A stretch of 64,000 nt of DNA from Gammaproteobacteria bacterium. GTDB lineage: Bacteria > Pseudomonadota > Gammaproteobacteria > Ga0077536. Positions within the stretch are counted from its first letter, which is position 1, and every line of letters begins with the position of its first letter. Shown here piece after piece: positions 1-9,881 of this stretch. Under the pieces are notes generated by a model. It saw nothing but the letters and a program-made list of their open reading frames with translations, was not told where the DNA came from and searched no databases. The translations under genes were made by a program, and so were the position numbers. The stretch covers positions 7,737 to 71,736 of the forward strand of contig JAIEQK010000011.1 of assembly GCA_019747795.1 (NCBI GenBank), in the 5' to 3' direction.

Positions 1-3000
1 AGCCTGCTCGGCGGCTTCTGGACCGAGAAGGGCGCCGACGCCTACACGCTGCTGGCGCCGAACGACACGACTGTCGCGCGCGCCGGTCGCCTGTCGCTCG
101 ACGTGGGGCGCCTCGGCGCCGACGGCATCGCGTGGCAGGAGCTCGCCGCGAACGGCTTCATCGGCGCGCTCGAGCTGCGCCTGCGGGATGGAGATCTCAC
201 CATCGCTGCGGATGAACTGCTGCGCGCGGCCGACATTCGCCTGGCGGTGGATCGTGGCCGGCTCGACATCGCCGGCACGCTCGACGCGAACGCGCCGGCG
301 GGGGGACGCATCGCGCTCGCTGCCGGCGGTGACCTCGTGGTCGACGGCAGCCTGCACGCGGCGGCAACGGCACGCGACGAGGACGGCGGCAGCGTCGAAC
401 TCGCCAGTCGCGAGGGACGCATCACTTTCGGCGCCGACGGCGATATCGACGTGCGCGGTCGCCGCGCGGACGGCACGGCGAGCGGCGACGGCCTGGTGCG
501 CATCGTCGCCCCGCGTGGCGCGGACAATGCGAGCGTGGCGGTCGATCCGCTCGCCGGCAGCGTGCTGGGCGCGGGCAGCATCGAAGTGATCGCGAACCGG
601 GTCTACGCAGGCATCGAGCGCATCGATGCGGTCGAGACTGCGGTCGCCACGCAGATCGGTCTCGACACGCTGCGCGCCGACAACGACGTCTTCGCGCTGG
701 CCGAGCCCGGTCTCGTCACCACGCTCGACCCCGACGGCGCGCTGGGCGCGCGGCTGGTGGTGATGCCTGGTATCGAGATCCGCAGCGACGCCGGCCGCGC
801 GCTGGAACTCGCCACCGACTGGTCGCTCACCACCTGGCGCGCCGGTTCGGCGCCCGGCCTGCTGACGCTCCGCGCCGGCGGCGACCTGCTGCTGAACGGC
901 GGGCTCAGCGACGGCCTCACGCAGCGCGACAACCTGCAGGCGCTGACCAACTTCTCGCTCGACCCAGCCGACTTCGGCAAGGTCGACATGCTGCTGGACG
1001 GTGCGTCGTGGAGCTATCGCCTGGTGGCCGGCGCGGATCTCGACAGCGCCACGAGCGGCGGGGCGCCGGCGGTGGCAGCGGCCGACGCGCTGGCCGTGCG
1101 TGACGACGGCGAAGGCGACCTGCGGCTCGCCAACGACCGCCGCGTGCGCACCGGCACCGGCAGCATCGAGATAGCGGCGGCGGGCGACGTGCGCTACCTC
1201 GGCAACGGCGCGGCCATCTACACCATGGGTCGCAACGCGGGCTACGGCAACATCGCCTTCGACCCGGCAGAGCTCGACGCGCTCGGCACTTTCATTGGTG
1301 ATTTCCTCGACCTGCAGATCGCTTTCGGTTTCGACTACGGCGGCGTGCTCGATGGTCGCGAGGACATCGCCTTCGCGCCGTACTTCTTCGACCGCTACCT
1401 GCCCGGCGCAGTGTTCGGCGAGCAGGGCGGCGACATTCGCATCGAGGCGGGGGGCGACATCGTCGGACCTGGCAGCACGCAGCTCATGACCCAGTGGCTG
1501 GTGGTGATGGGCGGCGAGAGCGGCGACGTGCGCCTGACCTTGGGCGGCCTCGAGCTGCCGACGATGTGGGCCATCCGTCCGGAACTGTTCCGCCAGAACC
1601 TCGGCACGCTCGGCGGCGGCGACATCGCGATCACCGCCGGCGGCGAGGTGAGCAACCTGTCCGTGGTGCTGCCGACCAGCGGTCGTCCCGACGGCGCGGG
1701 CTTCACCTACCTGCCGTTCACGGGCGCCTTCGGCAACGCTGGCGTCAACGCGGTCACCGAACTCGGCGGTGGCAATCTCACCCTGCGCGCCGGTGGCGAT
1801 GTGCTCGCGCCGCGCGTGATGGTCGGGCGTGGCAGCGCGCAGATCCGCAGTGGCGGGCGCATCGGCGCGCCCGAGGGCGCCTCGGTCGACGCGCTGTTCG
1901 CGCTCGGTCACGGCAACTTCGACGTGGTGGCCGCCGAGGGCGTAGCGGTCGAGGCGATGTTCAATTTCTCGATGATGCGTCGACCGCTCATCGCCGCGCC
2001 GGGCGGCGGCAGCCTGGATGCCGACACGCGCTCGTACTTCTTCACCTATGGCGAAGGCAGCGCGCTCGCGGTCGACAGCCTGGCCGGCGACGTGCTGCTG
2101 GAGAATCGCACGCGCTCGACCGATCCGATCTTCGCAAGCATCCTCGGCAACGCCGGCGTGACCAGCGCGGACGAGTCCGCGCTGCGCATCTATCCCGGCA
2201 GCGTGCGCGTGCGCGCGTTCGGCGGCGACGTGCAGCTCGCCCGCGGCTTCCAGCTGTTCCCGGACGCCGACGGCACGCTCGAAATGCTGTCCGCGGGCAG
2301 CATCACCGATCTCGGCTTCGAGGTCGGTCGGCAGCGCGTGACCGTGGTGCAGTCCGACGCCGACGTGCGTCGTCTGCCGAGCGTCAGTAATCCCGCGGCG
2401 GGCAGCCCAGGCATCGGCTCGACCTTCCTGCCGGCCAAGCAGCGCCCCGTGTCCGACGATCAGCGCGCGTGGCACGCGACCGTGCCCGTGCATCTGCAAG
2501 ACGACGATCCCAGCCTTCTGATCGCGCTCGGCGGCAACATCGGCCAGGCCCGTCTCGAAGCGCGCGGCTTCCGCCTGTTCCTCGCCGAGCCGGGCCGCAT
2601 CATCGCCGGCCGCGACATCCTGAATCTCGATTTCGAGATCCAGCACGTGGCGGCCGAGCAGACGAGCGTCGTGCGCGCGGGCCGGGATTTCATCTACACG
2701 CCGAACCGCGACCTCGCCGGCAACCTGGCGCAGAGCCAGCAGGAACGTTTCCAGGGCGCGCTGTTCAGCGGTCCCGGGCGCGGGTTCGTGCTGGCCGGGC
2801 GCAACATCGATCTCGGCACCTCGGACGGCATCGTCTCGGTCGGCAACCTGCGCAACTTCGCGCTGCCCGACAGCGGCGCGAGCCTGCACGTGTTCGCCGG
2901 CGCGGGGGAGGGACCGGACCTCGCGCGCTTCTACGCGCGCTACCTGCGCGACCTGCCGCGTACCAGCGCCGACGCCGTGCCCTACCTGCAGGCACTGGTG

Positions 3001-3993
3001 GGCAAGGAGCTCTCGGCCGAGGAAGCGGCATCGATGTTCAAGGACCTGGAGACCGCGCGGCGCGCGCTGGCCGAGGCCGGTGTGGCGCCAGGCGCGCGGG
3101 ACGTGGATCTCGACCTCGGCTCGGCGGTGAGCGAGCGCCTCCTCGCGCTCTTCTTCGGCGAGATCGAGCGCGCCGGCGTGGGCGCCACCACCACCGGCTC
3201 CGATGACTATTCGCGCGGCTTCGCCGCCATCGAGACGCTGTTCCCCGGCAAGGGGCGCGAAGGCGCGCTCAGCCTGCTGCTGAGCCGCATCCACACCGAG
3301 GACGGTGGCGACATCAACCTCTACGTACCGGGTGGCAGCGCCAACACCGGCGCCGCCGCCACCGCCAGCGTCACCAAGTCGGAGAACGAGCTCGGCGTGG
3401 TGGTGCAGGGCAAGGGCGACGTGCGGGGCTTCGTGCGCGACGACTTCCTGGTCAACGCCTCGCGTGTGTTCGCGCTGCAGGGCGGCGACATCCTGCTGTG
3501 GGCGAGCGAGGGCGACATCGACGCCGGCCGCGGCGCCAAGTCGGCGCTCGCCGCACCGCCGCCGCAGGTGGTGTTCGACCCGGCCTCGGGGCAGTTCGTC
3601 ACCGTGTTCCCGCCGGAGGTCGCCGGCAGCGGTATCCGCAACTTCGCGCCACCCGGCACGGTGCCCGGCAACGTCTTCCTGTTCGCGCCCAAGGGTGTGA
3701 TCAGCGCCGGCGACGCCGGCATCGCTTCGGCCGGCAACATCACCATCGGTGCGCGCGAAGTCATAGGCGCCGACAACATCGACGTCGGCGGCACGGCGGT
3801 TGGCGTTCCGCAGGCCGACATCGGCGTCGCGGCGGGCCTGAGCGGCGTGTCGAACGTGGCCAACGCCGCGGCCCGCGGCGCGCAGGACTCGGCGGCGGAG
3901 AACGCCAAGGAAGCCGCGGCCATGGCGGCCAACGGGCTCGAGCAGCCGACGGTGTCGATCATCTCGGTGGAGGTGCTCGGCTTCGGCGGTTGA
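1..3993 (+). CDS. Filamentous haemagglutinin-like (TpsA) exoprotein, C-terminal part with DUF3739-type domain; 5'-truncated by window
   Basis: Frame open from base 1. Gly-rich beta-helix-like repeats (GGDIxIxAGGD). C-terminal GGDILLWASEGDIDAGRGAKS...FAPKGVISAGDAGI...ISVEVLGFGG is typical of DUF3739 FHA proteins. Confidence 0.85.
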   Translation, partial: SLLGGFWTEKGADAYTLLAPNDTTVARAGRLSLDVGRLGADGIAWQELAANGFIGALELRLRDGDLTIAADELLRAADIRLAVDRGRLDIAGTLDANAPAGGRIALAAGGDLVVDGSLHAAATARDEDGGSVELASREGRITFGADGDIDVRGRRADGTASGDGLVRIVAPRGADNASVAVDPLAGSVLGAGSIEVIANRVYAGIERIDAVETAVATQIGLDTLRADNDVFALAEPGLVTTLDPDGALGARLVVMPGIEIRSDAGRALELATDWSLTTWRAGSAPGLLTLRAGGDLLLNGGLSDGLTQRDNLQALTNFSLDPADFGKVDMLLDGASWSYRLVAGADLDSATSGGAPAVAAADALAVRDDGEGDLRLANDRRVRTGTGSIEIAAAGDVRYLGNGAAIYTMGRNAGYGNIAFDPAELDALGTFIGDFLDLQIAFGFDYGGVLDGREDIAFAPYFFDRYLPGAVFGEQGGDIRIEAGGDIVGPGSTQLMTQWLVVMGGESGDVRLTLGGLELPTMWAIRPELFRQNLGTLGGGDIAITAGGEVSNLSVVLPTSGRPDGAGFTYLPFTGAFGNAGVNAVTELGGGNLTLRAGGDVLAPRVMVGRGSAQIRSGGRIGAPEGASVDALFALGHGNFDVVAAEGVAVEAMFNFSMMRRPLIAAPGGGSLDADTRSYFFTYGEGSALAVDSLAGDVLLENRTRSTDPIFASILGNAGVTSADESALRIYPGSVRVRAFGGDVQLARGFQLFPDADGTLEMLSAGSITDLGFEVGRQRVTVVQSDADVRRLPSVSNPAAGSPGIGSTFLPAKQRPVSDDQRAWHATVPVHLQDDDPSLLIALGGNIGQARLEARGFRLFLAEPGRIIAGRDILNLDFEIQHVAAEQTSVVRAGRDFIYTPNRDLAGNLAQSQQERFQGALFSGPGRGFVLAGRNIDLGTSDGIVSVGNLRNFALPDSGASLHVFAGAGEGPDLARFYARYLRDLPRTSADAVPYLQALVGKELSAEEAASMFKDLETARRALAEAGVAPGARDVDLDLGSAVSERLLALFFGEIERAGVGATTTGSDDYSRGFAAIETLFPGKGREGALSLLLSRIHTEDGGDINLYVPGGSANTGAAATASVTKSENELGVVVQGKGDVRGFVRDDFLVNASRVFALQGGDILLWASEGDIDAGRGAKSALAAPPPQVVFDPASGQFVTVFPPEVAGSGIRNFAPPGTVPGNVFLFAPKGVISAGDAGIASAGNITIGAREVIGADNIDVGGTAVGVPQADIGVAAGLSGVSNVANAAARGAQDSAAENAKEAAAMAANGLEQPTVSIISVEVLGFGG

Positions 3994-4081
3994 AGCCGCG
4001 GCGGGTGGCGCGCGCGAGAATCTCGCGCCCCTTGCGGCGATGGGTGAGAATCGGCCCATCCCCGCAGCCCTCGTCGCGCGC

Positions 4082-4450
4082 ATGCCATCGCCCAAGTCGC
4101 AGAAGGAGCCCGCCCAGGCCGCCACGGTCAAGGCCTCGCGCCAATGGTTGTCACGCCACGCGGCCGCGGTGCCGGCGATGGCGGACTTCTACCGCCTGCT
4201 CGCCAATCCCACCCGGCTGCGCATCCTGCTGACCCTCGGTCGCGTGGAGCGCCTGTGCGTGGGTGACCTCGCCGCGGTGGTGGGACTCAGCGTCGCGGCC
4301 ACCTCGCAGCAGTTGAAGATGCTGAAGGGCGAAGGCTGGCTGCGCGCCGAGGGCCGTGGCAAGCAGGTCTACTACTCCATCACCAGCACCGCCCTGCGCG
4401 ACGCCCTGGAGGGCGATCTCGAACTCCTGCGCAAGAAGCCGCGCGGCTGA
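4082..4450 (+). CDS. ArsR/SmtB family transcriptional regulator
   Basis: LANPTRLRILLTL...LCVGDLA...SVAATSQQLKMLK...GKQVYYS winged HTH; start uncertain (4040 or 4082). Confidence 0.88.
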   Translation: MPSPKSQKEPAQAATVKASRQWLSRHAAAVPAMADFYRLLANPTRLRILLTLGRVERLCVGDLAAVVGLSVAATSQQLKMLKGEGWLRAEGRGKQVYYSITSTALRDALEGDLELLRKKPRG

Positions 4451-4489
4451 GCCCAGGCGGGCTTCAAGTCGCTTCGGTCTTGGTGCTAA

Positions 4490-4511
4490 CATTTTCAAAT
4501 TGTCGAAAATG
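4490..4511. promoter_or_regulatory. Candidate ArsR-family operator (CATTTTC-N8-GAAAATG) upstream of the SMR pair
   Basis: AT-rich inverted repeat in GC-rich context, directly before the 4523 start. Confidence 0.55.
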
Positions 4512-4522
4512 ATTGAGCATCG

Positions 4523-4894
4523 ATGAGCACCTGCGCACAGCACGACAGTCGCGGCGAGACGCGTGCATGGGGCCTGCTGGCACTGGCCGTGACGGGCGAA
4601 ATAGCCGGCGTGCTGGCGCTGCGCGCCAGCGACGGCTTCGCGCGCCTCCTGCCCTCGCTCGCGGCGGTGCTGGCCTTCGGCGTGGCGCTGGTGGTGGTGA
4701 GCCGGGTGATGAAGGTGCTGCCGGTCAGCGTCGCCTACCCGGTGTGGGCCGGTGGCGGCACGGCCGGCGTGGCGCTGCTCGGCATGGGCGTGCTCGGCGA
4801 GACACCGAGCGTCGCGCGGGCGGTGGGCGTCGCGCTGATCGTGCTCGGCGTGGTGCTGATCAATCGCGACCGCGTCGCCGCGGGCGGGTGCTGA
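4523..4894 (+). CDS. SMR/DMT family small multidrug transporter subunit
   Basis: 4 TM helices; conserved TM1 Glu (AVTGEIAG); LPVSVAYPVWAGGG motif. Confidence 0.9.
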   Translation: MSTCAQHDSRGETRAWGLLALAVTGEIAGVLALRASDGFARLLPSLAAVLAFGVALVVVSRVMKVLPVSVAYPVWAGGGTAGVALLGMGVLGETPSVARAVGVALIVLGVVLINRDRVAAGGC

Positions 4895-4901
4895 GCCGCG
4901 C

Positions 4902-5234
4902 ATGGCCCTGCACGCGGCCTGGGGATGGGTGCTTGGCGCCATCGTCGCGGAAACGATCGCCGCGCTCGCGCTCCGCGCGAGCGATGGTTTTACCCGTCCG
5001 CTGCCGGCGCTGTTGGCGACGGCGAGTTTCGCCTGCGCCTTCTATCTCACCAGCCTGGCGCTGGTGGTCCTGCCGGTCAGCCTGGTCTACCCGGTGTGGG
5101 CGGGCGGCGGCACGGCGGGCGCCGCGACCGCGGCGCTGTGGCTCTACGGCGAGCGTGCCGGCGCGCAAAAGATGCTGGGCGTCGCCGCCGTCGTGGCCGG
5201 CATCGTGGTGCTGAACATCGCCGCGCCCGCGTGA
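4902..5234 (+). CDS. SMR/DMT family small multidrug transporter subunit (paired)
   Basis: AIVAETIA TM1 Glu; SDGFTRP; LPVSLVYPVWAGGG. Confidence 0.9.
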   Translation: MALHAAWGWVLGAIVAETIAALALRASDGFTRPLPALLATASFACAFYLTSLALVVLPVSLVYPVWAGGGTAGAATAALWLYGERAGAQKMLGVAAVVAGIVVLNIAAPA

Positions 5235-5251
5235 GCGGGAGAGGAGAGCAG

Positions 5252-6379
5252 ATGGGCGTCTACCTCCGCTACTTCGGTACCCACCTGCTGCTGCTGGTGA
5301 CCGCCGTAGGCTTCCTCCTCGGCGGCGCCGCTCACTGGCTCGGTCTCGCCAGCGGCGTGGTGGTGTGGATCGGCGCAGACGCGCTCAGCCCGCGCGTGGG
5401 CGCCGCGCCCGCCTATCGCCATCGCGCGCTGCTGGACGTCGCGCTCTACAGTCTGTTCCCGCCGCTCGCGGCGCTGACGGCGATTTTCGCCTGGAGCCTG
5501 TCGAGGACCGATGTCCTCGGCTTCGGCGCCTGGCTGCACTCGGCCTTCGGCTACGACGCCCTCGCGGCGCGCGCGGCGACCGCCGGCTGGGACCTGGTGG
5601 GTGGGGCCTGGTCCTTCGCCCTCGCCATCGCGCTCGGCGGCATCCTGGTCGCGCACGAACTCGTGCATCGCACCCGCGATCCACTCGCGCTGGCGGTTGG
5701 GCGCTGGATGCTCGCCATCGCCTTCAACGCCACGCTCGAAGTGGCCCACGTGTTCGGTCATCACCGCGACGTCGGCACGCCGGCGGATCCGACCACCGCG
5801 CGCCGCGGCGAGAGCGTCTATCACTTCTACCTGCGCTCGACCTTCGGGCAGGTAGCCCAGGCCTGGCAGATCGAGCGTGAGCGCCTGGCGGGTGCCTCCG
5901 CGTGGCAACGCTGGTGGAGCAACCGTGTGCTGCGCGGCTTCCTGCGTTCGTGGAGCGTGGCCGGCGTGTTCTTTGCCGTTGGCGGCTGGCGCGCGCTCGG
6001 CGTGTTCCTGCTCGCCGCCGCCTACAACAAGCTGCTGCTCGAAGCGCTCAACTACATGGAGCACTACGGCCTGGTGCGCGTGCCCGGCACGCCGATAGAG
6101 CCACGCCACTCCTGGAATTCCGTGAGCGCCTTCAGCCATGCCGTGCTGTTCAACCTGCCCTGGCACGCCGATCACCATGCGCGCAGCCAGGTTCAGTACC
6201 CGGAACTGCACGCGACCGAGACCGCGCCCGTGCTCGGCCAGGGCTACCTTGCCACGTTGCCGCTGGTGCTCGTGCCGCCCCTGTGGCGCAGGCTGATCGC
6301 CCCCCGCCTGGCCGCCTGGGATCGCGAGCGCGCGAGCGCGGCGGAACGTTGCCTGGTGGGAGGGGACGGCGGTGGGTGA
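5252..6379 (+). CDS. Membrane di-iron hydroxylase, alkane 1-monooxygenase (AlkB/XylM)-like
   Basis: His boxes HELVH, EVAHVFGHH, NYMEHYG, HADHH; TM N-terminus; RBS GAGGAG before ATG 5252. Confidence 0.85.
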   Translation: MGVYLRYFGTHLLLLVTAVGFLLGGAAHWLGLASGVVVWIGADALSPRVGAAPAYRHRALLDVALYSLFPPLAALTAIFAWSLSRTDVLGFGAWLHSAFGYDALAARAATAGWDLVGGAWSFALAIALGGILVAHELVHRTRDPLALAVGRWMLAIAFNATLEVAHVFGHHRDVGTPADPTTARRGESVYHFYLRSTFGQVAQAWQIERERLAGASAWQRWWSNRVLRGFLRSWSVAGVFFAVGGWRALGVFLLAAAYNKLLLEALNYMEHYGLVRVPGTPIEPRHSWNSVSAFSHAVLFNLPWHADHHARSQVQYPELHATETAPVLGQGYLATLPLVLVPPLWRRLIAPRLAAWDRERASAAERCLVGGDGGG

Positions 6380-6429
6380 GCGCCCATGTTGCTTTGACAC
6401 GAGGGCATGAGGCGCGGTGGCGTCGTCGG

Positions 6430-7650
6430 TCAGGGGGCAGGCAGCGGAGCGCGTACCGGCAGGCAGAGCGTGAGTGCGAAACAGAGTACGAGCATGAGGC
6501 TGCTGCCGAGCAGGCAGGCGCTCATGCCGCCCACTGCGGTAAGCGTGCCGGACAGCAGCACGCCGCACAGACGCCCACCGGCGTTGGCCGCGTAGTAGAA
6601 GCCGACGTCCTCGGCTGCCTTCTCCGAGCCCGCGTAGGCGAGGATGAGGTAGGAGTGCAGCGAGGACATCACCGCGAACGCGCCGCCGAACGCGCACAGT
6701 CCCGCGGTGACGATCAGCGTTGCGTGCCGCGGGTCGCTGGTGGTCAGCAGCAGCGCGATCGCGAGCGGCAGGCTCACCAGTAGCGCGCTCCACAGGCGAG
6801 CTTCCGGGACTTCGCGGGAGAGACCGTCAGGGCTGCGGCGCACGAGGCGCGGCGCGAGTGCCTGCACCAGGCCGTAACCGATGGTCCACAGCGCGAGGAA
6901 GCCGGCCACTTCCATGTAGCGCCAGCCGTGCGCGTAGAGAAACACCGGCAGGCCGACCACGAACCACACGTCACGCGCGCCGAACAGGCACAGGCGCGCG
7001 GCGGCCATCAGGTTGACGGCGCGCGACTTGGCGAAAAGCTCGCGGATGGAGCGCGAGGCCTTGGCCTGGCCGAGCGCGCGGGGCAGGGCGAGCGCCGTGA
7101 GGATCAATACGCTCACCAGGGCGGCGGCCATCACCGCCAGCGCGCCGCGAAACCCCAGGGCCTCGAGCAACACGCCGCCGAGGAAGAAGCCGATGCCCTT
7201 CATGGTGTTCTTCGAGCCGGTGAACCAGGCCACCCAGCGGAACAGGCGACCGTGCTCGCCGGCCGAAGTCGCCTTTAGCGCGGACTTCGCCGCGGTCTTG
7301 GTGAGGTCCTTGGCCACCCCGGCGACGCCCTGCGCGAGGACGACACAAGCGACCGACAGCGGCGCCTGCCAGCCGGGGTCGAGCGCCGCCAAGGCGCCGA
7401 TGCCGAGCAACTGCAGGACCATGCCGGTCATCAGCATCCGCGGGATGCCGTAACGGGTCGCGAGCCAGCCACCGACCAGGTTCGCGACCACGCCCGCGCC
7501 CTCGTACAGCACGAACAAGCTCGCGAGCTGCACGGGCGTGAAGCCCACGCGGTTGAAGTGGAGCAGGATGAGCGTGCGCAGCGCGCCGTCGGTGAGGGTG
7601 AATACCCAGTAGGCACCGGTCACCACCGCGTAGCTGCGCACGGCGGACAT
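6430..7650 (-). CDS. arsJ: Organoarsenical efflux MFS transporter ArsJ
   Basis: YWVFTLTDGALR, WFTGSKNTMKG, GARDVWFVVGLPVFL, DVGFYYAANAGGRL; ATGA overlap with upstream GAPDH. Confidence 0.92.
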   Translation of the reverse strand: MSAVRSYAVVTGAYWVFTLTDGALRTLILLHFNRVGFTPVQLASLFVLYEGAGVVANLVGGWLATRYGIPRMLMTGMVLQLLGIGALAALDPGWQAPLSVACVVLAQGVAGVAKDLTKTAAKSALKATSAGEHGRLFRWVAWFTGSKNTMKGIGFFLGGVLLEALGFRGALAVMAAALVSVLILTALALPRALGQAKASRSIRELFAKSRAVNLMAAARLCLFGARDVWFVVGLPVFLYAHGWRYMEVAGFLALWTIGYGLVQALAPRLVRRSPDGLSREVPEARLWSALLVSLPLAIALLLTTSDPRHATLIVTAGLCAFGGAFAVMSSLHSYLILAYAGSEKAAEDVGFYYAANAGGRLCGVLLSGTLTAVGGMSACLLGSSLMLVLCFALTLCLPVRAPLPAP

Positions 7651-8693
7651 CAGGCGTCCCGCGCCGCCACGATGCTCGCCAGATCGATCATGCGACACGC
7701 GTAGCCGGCCTCGTTGTCGTACCAGGCATAGACCTTGAGCAGGGTGTCGTCGGTCACCAGCGTGCTCGGACCGTCGATGATGGCGCTGCGCGTGTCGTTG
7801 GCGTAGTCGGCGGAGACCAGCGGGCGCGACTCGAAGCCGAGGATGCCGGCCAGCGGGCCGGCGGCGGCGGTCGCGAACAGCTGGTTGATTTCTTCCGCGG
7901 TGACCGCGCGCCGCATTTCGAACACGCAGTCGGTGAGGCTCGCGTTCAGCACCGGCACGCGTACCGCGTGGCCGTTCAGCTTGCCGGCCAGCTCCGGGTA
8001 GATGAGGCCGATGGCCGTCGCGCTGCCGGTGGTGGTCGGCGCGAGCGACAGCAGCGCCGAGCGCGCGCGGCGCAGATCCGCGTGGGGCGCGTCGACCACC
8101 ACGTTGGTGTTGGTCGGGTCGTGCAGCGTGGTGATCTGTCCATGGCGAATGCCGATGGCTTCGTGCAGCACCTTGACCACCGGCGCGAGGCAGTTGGTGG
8201 TGCAGGACGCGGCGGTCAGCAGCCGATGTTCGGTGGGGCGGTAGAGATGATCGTTCACGCCGACCACCACGTTCAGCGCGCTGCCGTCCTTGACCGGCGC
8301 CGCGACGATGACACGCTTCACGCCCTGCCGAAAATAGCCTTCGAGGGTTGCCTGAGTGAGGAAGCGTCCGGTGCATTCCAGCACCAGATCGCAGCCGAGT
8401 GCGCCCCAGGGCACGTCGCCAGGGTTCGGCAGGGCGCTGAAGCCGATGCGTGTACCGGCGACGCTCAGCGCCCCGGGTCCGTCCACCGCTATTTCCGTGC
8501 GCCAGCGGCCGTGCACGCTGTCGAATTCCAACAGGTGCGCGGTGGCCGCCGCGCCGCCCTTGATCTCGTTCACGTGGACGATCTCCAGCCGCTGCGCGCG
8601 GCGGGGATCGTCCACCGGGCGCGGCAGGCCGCCGAGCGCCGCGCGTGCGACCAGGCGCCCGATGCGCCCCATGCCGTTGATGCCGACTCGCAT
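7650..8693 (-). CDS. ArsJ-associated glyceraldehyde-3-phosphate dehydrogenase
   Basis: [27 protein letters not shown]; adjacent to arsJ; RBS GAAGGAG. Confidence 0.93.
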   Translation of the reverse strand: MRVGINGMGRIGRLVARAALGGLPRPVDDPRRAQRLEIVHVNEIKGGAAATAHLLEFDSVHGRWRTEIAVDGPGALSVAGTRIGFSALPNPGDVPWGALGCDLVLECTGRFLTQATLEGYFRQGVKRVIVAAPVKDGSALNVVVGVNDHLYRPTEHRLLTAASCTTNCLAPVVKVLHEAIGIRHGQITTLHDPTNTNVVVDAPHADLRRARSALLSLAPTTTGSATAIGLIYPELAGKLNGHAVRVPVLNASLTDCVFEMRRAVTAEEINQLFATAAAGPLAGILGFESRPLVSADYANDTRSAIIDGPSTLVTDDTLLKVYAWYDNEAGYACRMIDLASIVAARDA

Positions 8694-8706
8694 TCCTGGT
8701 GCTCCT

Positions 8707-9246
8707 TCAGCTGGTGAGTTCATCGTCGCCGTCAACGGCGCGCGGCAAGCGGCCGATGTCGTCGAGCTTGCGTTGCAAGGTGAGCGAGTCCAGCGCCGCC
8801 AGGGGCAGGCTCAAGAAGAGTTCGATGCGCCGCTTGATCTGCAGCGTCGCCTGCTCGAACGCGCGCCGTCGGCTCTCCGGCGAGCCGCCCCTCAGTCCAG
8901 GATCGTCGATGCCCCAGTGCGCGGTCACGGGCTGCCCCGGCCATTGCGGGCAGGTCTCGCCGGCGGCGGCGTCGCACAGGGTGAAGATGAAATCGAGGCG
9001 CGGCGCCGCGGGGCGGGTGAATTCGTCCCAGGACTTGCTGCGCATGTTCTCGGTCGGCAGGTGCATCTCTTCGATCATGGCCCGCGCGAGCGGATGCACG
9101 AAACCCGACGGGTGGCTGCCGGCGGAATAGGCGCGAAAACGTCCGCCGCCCAGGTGTGCGAGCAGCGCTTCAGCGATCAGCGAGCGCGAGGAATTGGCCG
9201 TGCACAGGAAGAGCACCGCGTAGCAGATGTCGGGCGTTGCGGTCAT
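8707..9246 (-). CDS. arsC: Thioredoxin-coupled arsenate reductase (LMW-PTP fold)
   Basis: P-loop CTANSSR; resolving pair [18 protein letters not shown]. Confidence 0.92.
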   Translation of the reverse strand: MTATPDICYAVLFLCTANSSRSLIAEALLAHLGGGRFRAYSAGSHPSGFVHPLARAMIEEMHLPTENMRSKSWDEFTRPAAPRLDFIFTLCDAAAGETCPQWPGQPVTAHWGIDDPGLRGGSPESRRRAFEQATLQIKRRIELFLSLPLAALDSLTLQRKLDDIGRLPRAVDGDDELTS

Positions 9247-9333
9247 GCCGCGGGTCTCGGCGTCGAGGGTGGGCGTCGAAGGTAGAAGGGCATTGTTACC
9301 AATAGGTGACGCGTGGCGAAGGCGTGTTATTTA

Positions 9334-9394
9334 GTTGTCATTGACAACCGAATGCGCGGCAACTACCTTGCGATCATGGTTTCCACTAGCAACC
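9334..9394 (+). promoter_or_regulatory. sigma70 promoter TTGACA(9341)-N17-TACCTT(9364) with two GTT-N9-AAC operators
   Basis: Perfect palindrome GTTGTCATTGACAAC (9334-9348) over the -35; second copy GGTTTCCACTAGCAACC just before the marR start. Confidence 0.7.
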
Positions 9395-9398
9395 AATC

Positions 9399-9881
9399 AT
9401 GACAGACACATCCACTGCCGGCGCGCTGCTGCGCGAGATCGCCCGCAGGTATTCCCGCGCGCAACGGGTGGTCGCCGACTGTTGCCGGGCGACAGGCACC
9501 CAGTGCCATCTGCTGACCGAGCTGGATGGTGCGGGACCGCTCTCACTGATCGATCTCGGCGCCCGCCTGTGCCTGGAGAAGAGCTGGGTGTCCCGCGCGG
9601 TCGATGCCATGGTCCAGCGCGGCCTGGTCACCAAGGAGCCCAACCCCGCGGACGCGCGCAGCTGGCTGGTCACCTTGACCCCGGCCGGCGCGCAGACCGC
9701 CGCCGAACTCAACCGCAGCCTGGACAACCACGCCGAGCAGCTTCTGGCCGGGCTCAATGCCCGCCAGCGCGCGAGCGTCGAAGCCAGCCTGCACCTCCTG
9801 ATGGAGGCCCTCAAACAGGACGGCGCGGCCAACTGCTGCCTGCCCGCCACCACGAAGAAAGGAGCGAACGCATGCTGCTGA
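9399..9881 (+). CDS. MarR family regulator with CC-x6-C motif (arsenic-responsive MarR-like)
   Basis: wHTH LEKSWVSRAVDAMVQRGLV..DARS; DCCRATGTQC; extra CC pairs at C-terminus. Confidence 0.85.
   Translation: MTDTSTAGALLREIARRYSRAQRVVADCCRATGTQCHLLTELDGAGPLSLIDLGARLCLEKSWVSRAVDAMVQRGLVTKEPNPADARSWLVTLTPAGAQTAAELNRSLDNHAEQLLAGLNARQRASVEASLHLLMEALKQDGAANCCLPATTKKGANACC

Noticed and set aside
7651..8376. Long N-terminal extensions given by the ORF track for arsJ (also arsA, the ArsN2 fusion, the AlkB-like gene and tpsB)
   Set aside because: They overlap upstream genes or promoters; downstream starts have RBS, ATGA coupling or family-typical N-termini.
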